DNA of 64,000 bases, from contig CAUGYD010000006.1 of assembly GCA_959603585.1 (NCBI GenBank), positions 46,288 through 110,287 of the forward strand. Reading direction: 5' to 3'. The notes under the pieces are model-generated. The model had not been told where the DNA came from. It ran no database searches and saw only the letters and a program-made list of their open reading frames with translations. A program made the translations under genes and the position numbers. This document shows positions 19,719-28,916 of this stretch, one piece after another. The stretch is from an uncultured Eubacteriales bacterium. GTDB lineage: Bacteria; Bacillota; Clostridia; Christensenellales; Borkfalkiaceae. Every line of letters begins with the position of its first letter. The first letter of the stretch is position 1.

Positions 19719-20903
19719 ATGAGTAAAATTTTATTTGTTGGCTGGTATCCTAATCCGGAAGATAAATATAAAAATATTTTTTTTCGTAATTTGATATTTG
19801 CTATGGCAGATATGGGGATAGAATGTACGGTAATATCGCCAGTTTCTTATATGCATTATGGTAAACGGATTAAAAATATTCCAAGGTTTGTTGACGAAAA
19901 AACTCTTGGAGGAAATAGTGTGCTTGTGTATTATCCAAGAATTTTATCGGCGTCTTCAAAACAAATAGGAAAGTATAATACAGAACATTTGTCGGAGCGA
20001 TTTTTTGAAAATGGTGCATTGAGGATAGCAAAATTTTTATTAAAACATAATCAAAAATTTAATGCTGTTTATGGGCACTTTTTTCTTTATGGAGGGTTGG
20101 CGGCGATAAGGATAGGTAAAGTATTAAAAATTCCTTCTTTTGTTGCTTTTGGAGAATGTGATTATGAAACTCAGATTCAACAAACTTATGGTGACCTAAA
20201 AAAGAAGGATATTGAAGGGTTGAGTGGTGTAATTGCTGTTTCTACTAAAAACGCAAAACGGCTCTTAGACTTAGGAATTTTTTCTGATATACCTATTATA
20301 GTAGCACCTAATTCAGTAGATCATAACATATTTCATCCGTTAAATCGTTTGGAGTGTAGGCATAGATTAGGATTATCTACTGACAAGTTTATTGTTGGGT
20401 TCGTTGGTGGTTTTATTGAAAGAAAAGGGGATAAACGACTCCTTGCGGCGGTAAACGAATTGGATGACGTATATTTAGTATATGCTGGTCGTGGTGACGT
20501 TCCCCCGTCAGGTGAGAAGGTTTTATTTTGTAAGGCTATGAAACATGACGATATACCAATCTTACTTTGTGCGGCAGATGTATTTTGTTTACCGACACTA
20601 AGTGAAGGCTCCTGTAATGCTGTTGTGGAAGCAATGGCTTGCGGGATTCCTGTAATATCGTCGAATCTTTCATTCAATGATGATGTGTTAACAGAAGAAA
20701 ATGCAATTAGAATTGATCCTTCTTCAGTGGATGAAATACGTGAGGCAATTTACGAAATAAAAGTAAATAATGTTTTACGCGATAGACTGGGAAAAGCTGC
20801 GTTAAAAACATCTGAAGGATTAAATATAAAAAATAGAGCAAAAAAAATACTTAATTTTATGTTTCGTGGAAATATGGAGGGAAATAATGATTCAGAATCA
20901 TAA
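19719..20903 (+). CDS. Family 4 (GT-B, retaining) glycosyltransferase
   Basis: The C-terminal Glycos_transf_1 signature carries an EX7E-type motif (LSEGSCNAVVEAMACGIPVISSN). Confidence 0.85.
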   Translation: MSKILFVGWYPNPEDKYKNIFFRNLIFAMADMGIECTVISPVSYMHYGKRIKNIPRFVDEKTLGGNSVLVYYPRILSASSKQIGKYNTEHLSERFFENGALRIAKFLLKHNQKFNAVYGHFFLYGGLAAIRIGKVLKIPSFVAFGECDYETQIQQTYGDLKKKDIEGLSGVIAVSTKNAKRLLDLGIFSDIPIIVAPNSVDHNIFHPLNRLECRHRLGLSTDKFIVGFVGGFIERKGDKRLLAAVNELDDVYLVYAGRGDVPPSGEKVLFCKAMKHDDIPILLCAADVFCLPTLSEGSCNAVVEAMACGIPVISSNLSFNDDVLTEENAIRIDPSSVDEIREAIYEIKVNNVLRDRLGKAALKTSEGLNIKNRAKKILNFMFRGNMEGNNDSES

Positions 20904-21464
20904 AGATTATAAACGATACCTTAATTCTGATGCTCATGCATTGTTCTCAAAAAAGCCTTCTATTATTGAGAAACTAAAGAATCCTATTTGGAAATATCAA
21001 AGATTATTAAGAAAATGCGAATATTTTCGAAATACTAATCGATTTGTTCCACTATATTTAAATATTCTATATCTATATAACAAATTTAGACTTTCAAAAT
21101 GGGGTATAAGTTAGGATTTAGCATATCAGAAAATGTTTTTGATGAGGGATTGAGTATAGCACATTACGGAACAATTATCGTTAATCCCTCTGTAAAAGTA
21201 GGAAAGAACTGTAGAATTCATGCGGGAGTAAATATAGGTGCAAGTGTTGATGGGAAAAGTCCTATGATAGGGGATAACGTATATATTGGGCCAGGAGCAA
21301 AAATATTCGGGGGAATAATTTTAGGTAACAATATAGCGGTAGGGGCTAATGCTGTTGTTAATAAAAGTTTCCCACTCGGAAATTGTACTATAGGAGGGAT
21401 TCCTGCTCATATAATTAGCGAAAAGGACTCTAGATTGCTTGCTGTTACATATTATTGGAAATGA
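20866..21464 (+). pseudogene. Hexapeptide-repeat sugar O-acetyltransferase (WcaB/CysE-like), disrupted by a 1-nt frameshift
   Basis: The N-terminal helical part (82 aa, frame 1, ending KWGIS*) and the left-handed beta-helix part (121 aa, frame 0, from MGYKLGFSISENVF...) overlap at 21099-21114. Together they make about 200 aa of one acetyltransferase. The slip is probably in the A4 run at 21095-21098 or the G4 run at 21101-21104. Confidence 0.55.
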
Positions 21465-21478
21465 GGTGACTTTAAAAA

Positions 21479-22696
21479 ATGGAATCGACGAACATGGTTG
21501 CAATAGTAAAAGAACACTCTTTAACGAGTAATATAGATAAGTGTAGGTTGCTGCTAATCGGGATATTGATTTTTTATATATTTTGTTTTCAGTATGTTTT
21601 TTATCCCATAAATGGTTTTCTTTCGCTTTTAGGTGTGATGTTGGCTTTTCTAGAGGTTTTGCGATTGTCACCCAAATATTATAAAAGGATTGGATATATA
21701 TGCACTTTCATAATTTTTGCTGCGCTATTTGGGTCGCTAACGGCATATGATATCAATGCTCATATAAGATTAATTGTTAATATGATGCAGTATTGTCTTC
21801 CGATGATAGCAATATGCGGATACGTGGGAAACAATGGGAAAAGATTATCCAATATTCTTCAAATAATGAGCTTTACAACTATTATACTAGCAATTTCATT
21901 AATATTTAATGGTGTAAAATTTACGGATTATGGGGCAGTGACTGTAGGAGATTTAAATACAAATGTCCTCTCTTGCTTTTTAATGATTGGTTTATTATCT
22001 CAGTTATTTTTACTTTGCGAATGTAAAAAGTCGATAATGAAAATAATTTTGTTTTGTGGAATTTTTATCGAATTAGTAGCGCAAATGCGAGCATCTTCAA
22101 GAAGAGGACTAGTAATTTTTGTTTTTTTATTGGGGGTTTATTTTTTATTGGCATATTTTATACGTTACAAAAAGAATTCTATAATGAAACTTTTTTTGGT
22201 TGTTTCAGTTATAGTTATATTTTTTATTTTTATGGCTAATTTCTATTCTTTGGCAGATAAGTATGTAATTTTGCGCCGATTATTTATGGGGGAGTTTAAT
22301 TCCGGTGATGCTTTAAGAGAGAAATATCAATCAGCTGCTTTCGAATTATTCAAAGAAGCGCCTATTTTTGGACAGGGGTTTGGATGCGTTTCGGCACGAG
22401 TTGGTATGTATAGTCATTCTATGTATTATGAAACATTGGCAAGCACGGGGGTTTTGGGAGGATTTTTATTATTTGGTTCGATTTTATCAAATATGTTCAA
22501 ATTTTTAAAAAGGGCAAAAAGTAGTAAACTCGAAGAATTAAAAATGAAATGCTATATGGGAGCGTGTGGATTTTTTGTAATATTATTATCAGGTATTGCG
22601 GTTGTCAGCATTTTTGATGCCTATTTTTATATTATGCTCGGTATATTAGGGGCGTTAGGCAATGTCGCATTCCAAAATCAAAAGGGGAATTTATGA
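21479..22696 (+). CDS. Wzy-type O-antigen/oligosaccharide polymerase (O-antigen ligase domain family membrane protein)
   Basis: The ORF predicts about 10-12 TM helices. A large loop contains the RRGLVIF segment. It lies in a Wzx-containing locus. Confidence 0.5.
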   Translation: MESTNMVAIVKEHSLTSNIDKCRLLLIGILIFYIFCFQYVFYPINGFLSLLGVMLAFLEVLRLSPKYYKRIGYICTFIIFAALFGSLTAYDINAHIRLIVNMMQYCLPMIAICGYVGNNGKRLSNILQIMSFTTIILAISLIFNGVKFTDYGAVTVGDLNTNVLSCFLMIGLLSQLFLLCECKKSIMKIILFCGIFIELVAQMRASSRRGLVIFVFLLGVYFLLAYFIRYKKNSIMKLFLVVSVIVIFFIFMANFYSLADKYVILRRLFMGEFNSGDALREKYQSAAFELFKEAPIFGQGFGCVSARVGMYSHSMYYETLASTGVLGGFLLFGSILSNMFKFLKRAKSSKLEELKMKCYMGACGFFVILLSGIAVVSIFDAYFYIMLGILGALGNVAFQNQKGNL

Positions 22697-23799
22697 AAGT
22701 ACTCTATTATTTTCTTGATTTACCTACAAATATGTTTCAATGGCAAAAATATCATATTATCGATGAACTTGCAACGCATAATATTTTTATTGACATTTTT
22801 TCTCCGTTAAAATATGCAAATATAGGACAAGCTAACGAAATGCTCCTAGAAGCTATTAATGGGTATGATATGTTTATGACCTGCCTAAATGAAACATATC
22901 TATATTTAGATACGCTACAAGAAATAAAGAAAAGAGGTATTCCTACGTTACTATTTTGTCCGGATAATTTGACCGCGCCGTTTAATCATAAAAAAATAGC
23001 ACCGTTTTTTGATTTAGTATGGCTGACTTCAATTGAAACGGAGTATTTGTTCAAACGTTGGGGAGCGAAAACGATTTTTCTTCCATATGCAGCTAACCCA
23101 AATTTGTTAAAGCCAATATCTTCGGAAAATGAGATTTTACGTGTCGGATTTGTCGGTACTCCTCACGGTAGTAGAATTGATAGAATAAATAAGTTACTCG
23201 ATGGCGGAATACCCATAACTGTACATACGTCAACAGAAAATTTTGATAATAAGCTTATAAAGGCTCCAATATTGGAGTATCTCAAAAAGTCTTCTTTATG
23301 GTTTCGTTATCCGCTTGGTCGACGACTTTTAATTGCTGCTATTCGTGATAAATTGGGCCATAGAGAGCTTATGGATAAAAAAAACTGTCTTGAAATAAAA
23401 GAACCAGTTTCTTTGGAGAAACTGTCGGAAATCAACGGAAGTTATGCATTAGTTTTGAGTTTTACAGAAGCGGATAGTACAGGGATTTTAAAACATCCTG
23501 TGCCAATTGTTAATTTACGTAATTTCGAAATTCCTATGTCGGGGGGATTACAATTTACTATGTATAGTAAAGAGATTGCAGAATATTTTGAGAATGATAA
23601 GGAGATTATTTTGGCTCGCTCTATGGAAGAATATATTGATAAAGCTAAATTTTATTTACAAGCGGAACAGACTTCTCTTAGAAAAAGAATAAGATTTGCA
23701 GCTAGAAAAAGAGCCCAAACACAACACACTTGGTATAATCGCTTTTCATGTATATTTCAGTCTCTAGGGCTGTATCAAATATTCGGAATTCAAAGGTAA
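22693..23799 (+). CDS. CgeB-family glycosyltransferase-like protein
   Basis: The C-terminal motifs (RVGFVGTPHGSRIDRINKLL, RKRAQTQHTWYNRF) resemble the CgeB/Glyco_trans_1_2 family. Assignment is weak. Confidence 0.4.
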   Translation: MKVLYYFLDLPTNMFQWQKYHIIDELATHNIFIDIFSPLKYANIGQANEMLLEAINGYDMFMTCLNETYLYLDTLQEIKKRGIPTLLFCPDNLTAPFNHKKIAPFFDLVWLTSIETEYLFKRWGAKTIFLPYAANPNLLKPISSENEILRVGFVGTPHGSRIDRINKLLDGGIPITVHTSTENFDNKLIKAPILEYLKKSSLWFRYPLGRRLLIAAIRDKLGHRELMDKKNCLEIKEPVSLEKLSEINGSYALVLSFTEADSTGILKHPVPIVNLRNFEIPMSGGLQFTMYSKEIAEYFENDKEIILARSMEEYIDKAKFYLQAEQTSLRKRIRFAARKRAQTQHTWYNRFSCIFQSLGLYQIFGIQR

Positions 23800-24073
23800 A
23801 CAGCTTTATTTTGTATTAAATTGGTGATATGCAACGAAATAATACTTTAAATAAGATATAAATTTAGTCTTTTTATTTTTTTGTAAACTATTCAACTTAA
23901 TTAATGTAAAATTTTAACCATTGTTTCAAGATAATATATTTTTTTGATAAGCACTAATTTTTTTATTTATTATAATTATATTTTGTAAAAATTTATTTTT
24001 CGAACATATTTTAAAATTTTTATAAAGAATAATTACTAAATAATGAAAAAGAATACTTTGTTAGAGGAATTGG

Positions 24074-25516
24074 ATGGGCAAAAAGAATTTGTTGCAAGGC
24101 ATAAGTTGGAGCCTTGCAGAAAAGTTATTACCTCAATTGGTAAGTTTAATTATTTCGGTTATTTTGGCTCGTTTGTTAGGACCAACAGAATATCGTGCAG
24201 TTGCAGTGGTTTTAATCTTCATAAATATCTGTGATGTTTTGGTTACAACAGGGTTTGGAATGGCGTTAATCCAAAAAAATGATGCAGATAAATTGGATTA
24301 TTCTACCATAAGTATTTTTAGTATTTCATTATCTATAGTTGTTGCGATAATTTTGTCGTCTATTTCCCCAACTATAGAAGGCTTTTTTGAAATACCTCAT
24401 TTGTCGCATTATCTTTCTGCGATGTCAATTCGAATTCCTCTCGCTGTTTTGAACTCAATTCAAAGAGCGTATTTACAAAAAAGTATGCAATTCAATAGAA
24501 TTTTTGTTGCGACATTGATAGGTACGCTTATATCAGGTATAATTGGTATAGTAATGGCACAAATAGGTTTTGGCACATGGGCTTTAATTGCACAATATTT
24601 ATCAAATTCAATTATTTCAACAATGATATTTTTATTTATAGCTAGATACCCGTTTAGCTTTCAATTTTCATGGCGCCGATTTGTTCCTATGTTTCGGTTT
24701 AGCTGGAAATTAACTTTTTCGGCTTTGTTTGCAAAGTTATATGACGAGTGTAGATCTGTAGTTATCGATAAAAAATATTCAGATAACTCTATTTCATATT
24801 ATAATAAAGGAATTCAAATACCTAATGTTGTATTGACGACTGTAAACGCTTCAATTACGACTGTTATGTTTCCTTTAATGGCAGAGATTCAAGATGAAAA
24901 AGAAAAATTAAAAAACACTTTAAGAGCTTCAATTAAACTTAGTACTTATGTGATTATGCCGATGATGATGGGGCTTATGATTGTGTCAAAGCCATTGGTA
25001 ATTCTACTTTATACGGAAACATGGGTTTCTACTATCCCATATATGCAAATTTTTGCTTTGTCGTATATTTGTACTCCAATTATAGAACTAAATCAGCGTG
25101 CGATTCAAGCGATTGGGAAAAGTGGTATTGTTATGAGGATTGAAATAATTAATAAATTGTTTGGTCTATTGACTATGTTGATTGTAATTTTATATTGTAA
25201 TTCGCCTATTTATATTGCAGGAAGTTTTGGGATATATATGTTGTTTTCATTAATTTCAAGTATGCTTGTTTATGGACGAACTATTGGATATTCTATGTTG
25301 CAACAATTAAATGATATTAAAAGTTCCTTTTTTATTAGTATTTTGATGTGTTGTACAATTTGGCCATTACATTATATAATTAATAATATGGCTCTTTTAC
25401 TTATATGCCAAATAATAGTTGGGATTTTTGTGTATATATTATTATCTAGTATTTTTAAAATACAGGAATTTAAGATACTTTATGAGCTTCTAATCAAAAT
25501 AATTAAGAAACAATAG
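24074..25516 (+). CDS. Wzx-type oligosaccharide flippase (MOP/polysaccharide biosynthesis protein family)
   Basis: The 480-aa ORF predicts about 12-14 TM helices. Its N-terminus (LLQGISWSLAEKLLPQLVSLIISVILARLLGPTEYRAVAV) is typical of RfbX/Wzx. Confidence 0.8.
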   Translation: MGKKNLLQGISWSLAEKLLPQLVSLIISVILARLLGPTEYRAVAVVLIFINICDVLVTTGFGMALIQKNDADKLDYSTISIFSISLSIVVAIILSSISPTIEGFFEIPHLSHYLSAMSIRIPLAVLNSIQRAYLQKSMQFNRIFVATLIGTLISGIIGIVMAQIGFGTWALIAQYLSNSIISTMIFLFIARYPFSFQFSWRRFVPMFRFSWKLTFSALFAKLYDECRSVVIDKKYSDNSISYYNKGIQIPNVVLTTVNASITTVMFPLMAEIQDEKEKLKNTLRASIKLSTYVIMPMMMGLMIVSKPLVILLYTETWVSTIPYMQIFALSYICTPIIELNQRAIQAIGKSGIVMRIEIINKLFGLLTMLIVILYCNSPIYIAGSFGIYMLFSLISSMLVYGRTIGYSMLQQLNDIKSSFFISILMCCTIWPLHYIINNMALLLICQIIVGIFVYILLSSIFKIQEFKILYELLIKIIKKQ

Positions 25517-25557
25517 AAAAGAATTAGATTCATCAAAAAAAGGAGAAAAAAGGGAAA

Positions 25558-26652
25558 ATGAAAACGATAATGCTTGTATTTGGAACGAGACCTGAGGCTA
25601 TTAAAATGTGTCCACTCGTAAATGAATTGAAAACTCGTAAAACTGTCCGCACTGTTGTTTGTGTAACAGGACAGCATCGTCAAATGCTTAACCAGGTGTT
25701 ACAAGTCTTTAATGTCGTTCCTAATTATGATTTATCCATCATGAAGGATAAGCAGACACTATTCGACATTACAACGAACATTCTAGCGAAAATTAAAGCA
25801 GTTTTGGAAGAAGTGAAGCCCGACGTAGTATTGGTCCATGGGGATACGTCGACAACTTTTGTCACGGCTCTTGCCTGTTATTACCTGCAGATTCCCGTTG
25901 GACACGTAGAGGCAGGACTGCGTACTTATAACATTTACAGTCCATACCCAGAAGAATTCAATCGGCAGGCGGTTGGAATTATCGCAAAATATAATTTTGC
26001 ACCCACAAGGCTTTCTGAACAAAATCTTCTACGGGAAGGGAAAGATCCGCAATCGATCTATGTTACGGGCAATACCGCGATCGACGCATTGAAAACGACA
26101 GTGCGGACTGATTATACCCATCCGGAATTAGAATGGGCAAAGGACAGTCGATTGATTATGATTACGGCACATCGTCGTGAAAATCTTGGAAAGCCGATGC
26201 ACAACATGTTTCGTGCGATTCGGCGTGTAATGGATGAGCATCCTGACATAAAGGCGCTTTATCCGATTCACATGAACCCAATCGTACGTCAGGCGGCTGA
26301 TGAAGAGTTGGGCGGCTGCGCCCAGATCCATATCATTGATCCGCTTGAGGTACTGGATTTTCATAATTTCCTTGCTCGTAGTTATCTGATTTTAACGGAC
26401 AGCGGTGGAATACAGGAAGAAGCACCGTCGCTTGGAAAGCCAGTTTTAGTTATGCGCGATACGACAGAACGCCCAGAGGGAATTAAAGCAGGAACGCTGA
26501 AACTGGTTGGAACAGATGAACAGACGATTTACGACAATTTTAAATTGCTTTTGGAAAATTCGGAAGTTTATCATAAAATGGCGCATGCGAGCAATCCATA
26601 CGGCGATGGTTTTGCCTGTAAACGAATTGCGGATATTTTGGAGGAGAAATGA
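25558..26652 (+). CDS. wecB: UDP-N-acetylglucosamine 2-epimerase (non-hydrolysing)
   Basis: The N-terminus MKTIMLVFGTRPEAIKMCPLV is present, together with HVEAGLRT and DSGGIQEEAPSLGKPVLVMRDTTERPEG. Confidence 0.9.
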   Translation: MKTIMLVFGTRPEAIKMCPLVNELKTRKTVRTVVCVTGQHRQMLNQVLQVFNVVPNYDLSIMKDKQTLFDITTNILAKIKAVLEEVKPDVVLVHGDTSTTFVTALACYYLQIPVGHVEAGLRTYNIYSPYPEEFNRQAVGIIAKYNFAPTRLSEQNLLREGKDPQSIYVTGNTAIDALKTTVRTDYTHPELEWAKDSRLIMITAHRRENLGKPMHNMFRAIRRVMDEHPDIKALYPIHMNPIVRQAADEELGGCAQIHIIDPLEVLDFHNFLARSYLILTDSGGIQEEAPSLGKPVLVMRDTTERPEGIKAGTLKLVGTDEQTIYDNFKLLLENSEVYHKMAHASNPYGDGFACKRIADILEEK

Positions 26653-27701
26653 CAATGAGCTTATTCACAAATAAGACGTTAATGATCACGGGAGGAACTG
26701 GTTCTTTCGGAAATGCGGTATTAAATCGCTTTCTGAAAACGGACATCGGAGAAATCCGAATCTTTTCCCGAGATGAAAAGAAACAAGACGATATGCGTCA
26801 CGAGTTTCAGGCGAAGATGCCAGAAGTTGCCGAGAAGATCAAATTCTATATCGGGGATGTTCGGGATATACAGTCAGTAAAAAACGCAATGCACGGAGTA
26901 GATTACATATTTCATGCGGCAGCATTGAAACAAGTGCCGTCATGTGAATTTTTTCCTGTAGAAGCGGTCAAGACGAATGTCCTCGGAACGGAGAACGTCT
27001 TGACAGCGGCGATTGATGAAGGAGTAAAGACGGTTATCTGTCTTTCCACGGATAAGGCGGCATATCCAGTAAACGCGATGGGAACGAGTAAGGCCATGAT
27101 GGAGAAGGTTATCGTAGCAAAATCCCGTACAACGCAGACGACGAAAATCTGCTGCACGAGATACGGAAACGTGATGTGTTCGAGGGGAAGCGTCATCCCG
27201 CTTTGGATAGAGCAAATCAAGAACAAGCAGCCGATAACACTTACAGAACCGAGTATGACGAGATTTATCATGTCGTTGGACGAAGCGGTGGATTTGGTAT
27301 TGTTTGCATTCGAGCATGGGACAAGCGGAGATATACTGGTACAGAAAGCGCCGGCATGTACGATTCAGACACAGGCAGAGGCAGTGTGCGAATTGTTCGG
27401 AGGAAAGAAAGAGGATATCAAAGTAATCGGAATTCGTCACGGGGAAAAGATGTATGAAACTTTGCTGACGAACGAGGAATGCGCACATGCGATAGATATG
27501 GATAAATTTTATCGTGTACCGTGCGATAAACGCGGGTTGAACTATGACAAATATTTCAAACAGGGAGATACAGAAAGAAATCCGCTTACAGAATTCAATT
27601 CGAATAATACAAAGCTTCTGGCTGTGGAAGAAGTGAAGAAAAAACTACTCACACTGAAATATATACGTGACGAGCTTGACATACAGGGAATAAAATATTA
27701 A
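26649..27701 (+). CDS. fnlA: UDP-GlcNAc 4,6-dehydratase/5-epimerase (FnlA/CapE/WbjB family)
   Basis: The N-terminus KTLMITGGTGSFGNAVLNRFL and a length of 350 aa match the FnlA family. It is followed by capF- and capG-like genes. Confidence 0.85.
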   Translation: MTMSLFTNKTLMITGGTGSFGNAVLNRFLKTDIGEIRIFSRDEKKQDDMRHEFQAKMPEVAEKIKFYIGDVRDIQSVKNAMHGVDYIFHAAALKQVPSCEFFPVEAVKTNVLGTENVLTAAIDEGVKTVICLSTDKAAYPVNAMGTSKAMMEKVIVAKSRTTQTTKICCTRYGNVMCSRGSVIPLWIEQIKNKQPITLTEPSMTRFIMSLDEAVDLVLFAFEHGTSGDILVQKAPACTIQTQAEAVCELFGGKKEDIKVIGIRHGEKMYETLLTNEECAHAIDMDKFYRVPCDKRGLNYDKYFKQGDTERNPLTEFNSNNTKLLAVEEVKKKLLTLKYIRDELDIQGIKY

Positions 27702-27710
27702 AATAAAGCG

Positions 27711-28916
27711 ATGAAAGTACTGATAACGGGAGCGAAAGGATTTGTCGGAAAGAATCTGGTAAGTGCTCTGAAAAACATAAAAGAAGGGAAAGACAAAACA
27801 CGTCTGAATCTCAGTATAGAAGAAGTATACGAATACGATTTGGATACGGACAAAGAGCTGTTGGCGGAATACTGTGAGAAAGCGGATTTCGTGTTTCATT
27901 TGGCGGGAGTAAATCGTCCGAATGATAATGCGGAATTTATGCAGGGAAATTTCGGGTTTTCTTCCGTTTTGTTGGATACGTTGAAAAAGTATAAAAACAC
28001 TTGCCCCGTAATGTTGTCGAGTTCGGTACAGGCAACACTGATCGGAAGATACGGACAGAGCGATTACGGGAAATCCAAGTTGGCGGGAGAAGAACTTTTT
28101 TTCGCGTATGCCCAAAAAACGGAATCGGAAGTATTTGTATATCGTTTTCCGAATTTATTCGGAAAATGGTGCCGACCGAACTATAACAGTGCGGTGGCGA
28201 CGTTTTGCTATAATACGGCGAATGATTTGCCTATAACGATAAATAACAGAAATACCGAATTGGAACTGGTCTATATAGACGACCTCGTGACGGAAATGCT
28301 AGATAGCTTAGAAGGAAAAGCGCATCGATGCGATTATGAGGGACTCAATCCGATACCGACTGAAACGGGAAAATATTGCTATGTGCCCGTATCGCATAAA
28401 GAGACGCTTGGGAGAATTGTCGAACTTTTGGAAACATTCCGAAATCAGCCGACTACTCTTGTAATGCCCGAGATTCCGAAGGGAAGTTTTGAGAAGAAAC
28501 TGTATTCGACGTATCTATCGTATTTGCCGAAAGAAAAGATAAGCTTCCCGTTGAAAATGAACATAGATGAACGCGGAAGTTTTACGGAACTACTCAAAAC
28601 GAAAAAATGCGGTCAGATAAGCGTGAACATAAGTAAACCCGGCATAACGAAAGGGGAACATTGGCATAACAGTAAATGGGAGTTCTTTATCGTGGTATCG
28701 GGACACGGACTGATACAAGAACGGAAAATCGGAACGGAGGAAATACTGAATTTCGAAGTATGCGGAGAGAAAATCGAAGCTGTTCATATGCTACCCGGGT
28801 ATACGCATAACATCATCAATCTGAGCAACACAGAACCGTTGATAACGGTGATGTGGGCAAATGAGACATTTGATATAAAGCATCCCGACACATTCGGAGA
28901 AAAGGTAGAAAAATGA
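27711..28916 (+). CDS. fnlB: FnlB/CapF-type bifunctional SDR reductase with C-terminal cupin (UDP-L-FucNAc pathway)
   Basis: The N-terminal SDR motif MKVLITGAKGFVGKNL is combined with a C-terminal cupin (GEHWHNSKWEFFIVVSGHG). Total length is 401 aa. Confidence 0.8.
   Translation: MKVLITGAKGFVGKNLVSALKNIKEGKDKTRLNLSIEEVYEYDLDTDKELLAEYCEKADFVFHLAGVNRPNDNAEFMQGNFGFSSVLLDTLKKYKNTCPVMLSSSVQATLIGRYGQSDYGKSKLAGEELFFAYAQKTESEVFVYRFPNLFGKWCRPNYNSAVATFCYNTANDLPITINNRNTELELVYIDDLVTEMLDSLEGKAHRCDYEGLNPIPTETGKYCYVPVSHKETLGRIVELLETFRNQPTTLVMPEIPKGSFEKKLYSTYLSYLPKEKISFPLKMNIDERGSFTELLKTKKCGQISVNISKPGITKGEHWHNSKWEFFIVVSGHGLIQERKIGTEEILNFEVCGEKIEAVHMLPGYTHNIINLSNTEPLITVMWANETFDIKHPDTFGEKVEK

Noticed and set aside
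24043-24234. An alternative upstream start ORF (63 aa) ahead of wzx.
   Set aside because: It is in a different frame from the 480-aa Wzx ORF and is hydrophilic and low-complexity. The wzx start at 24074 is retained.
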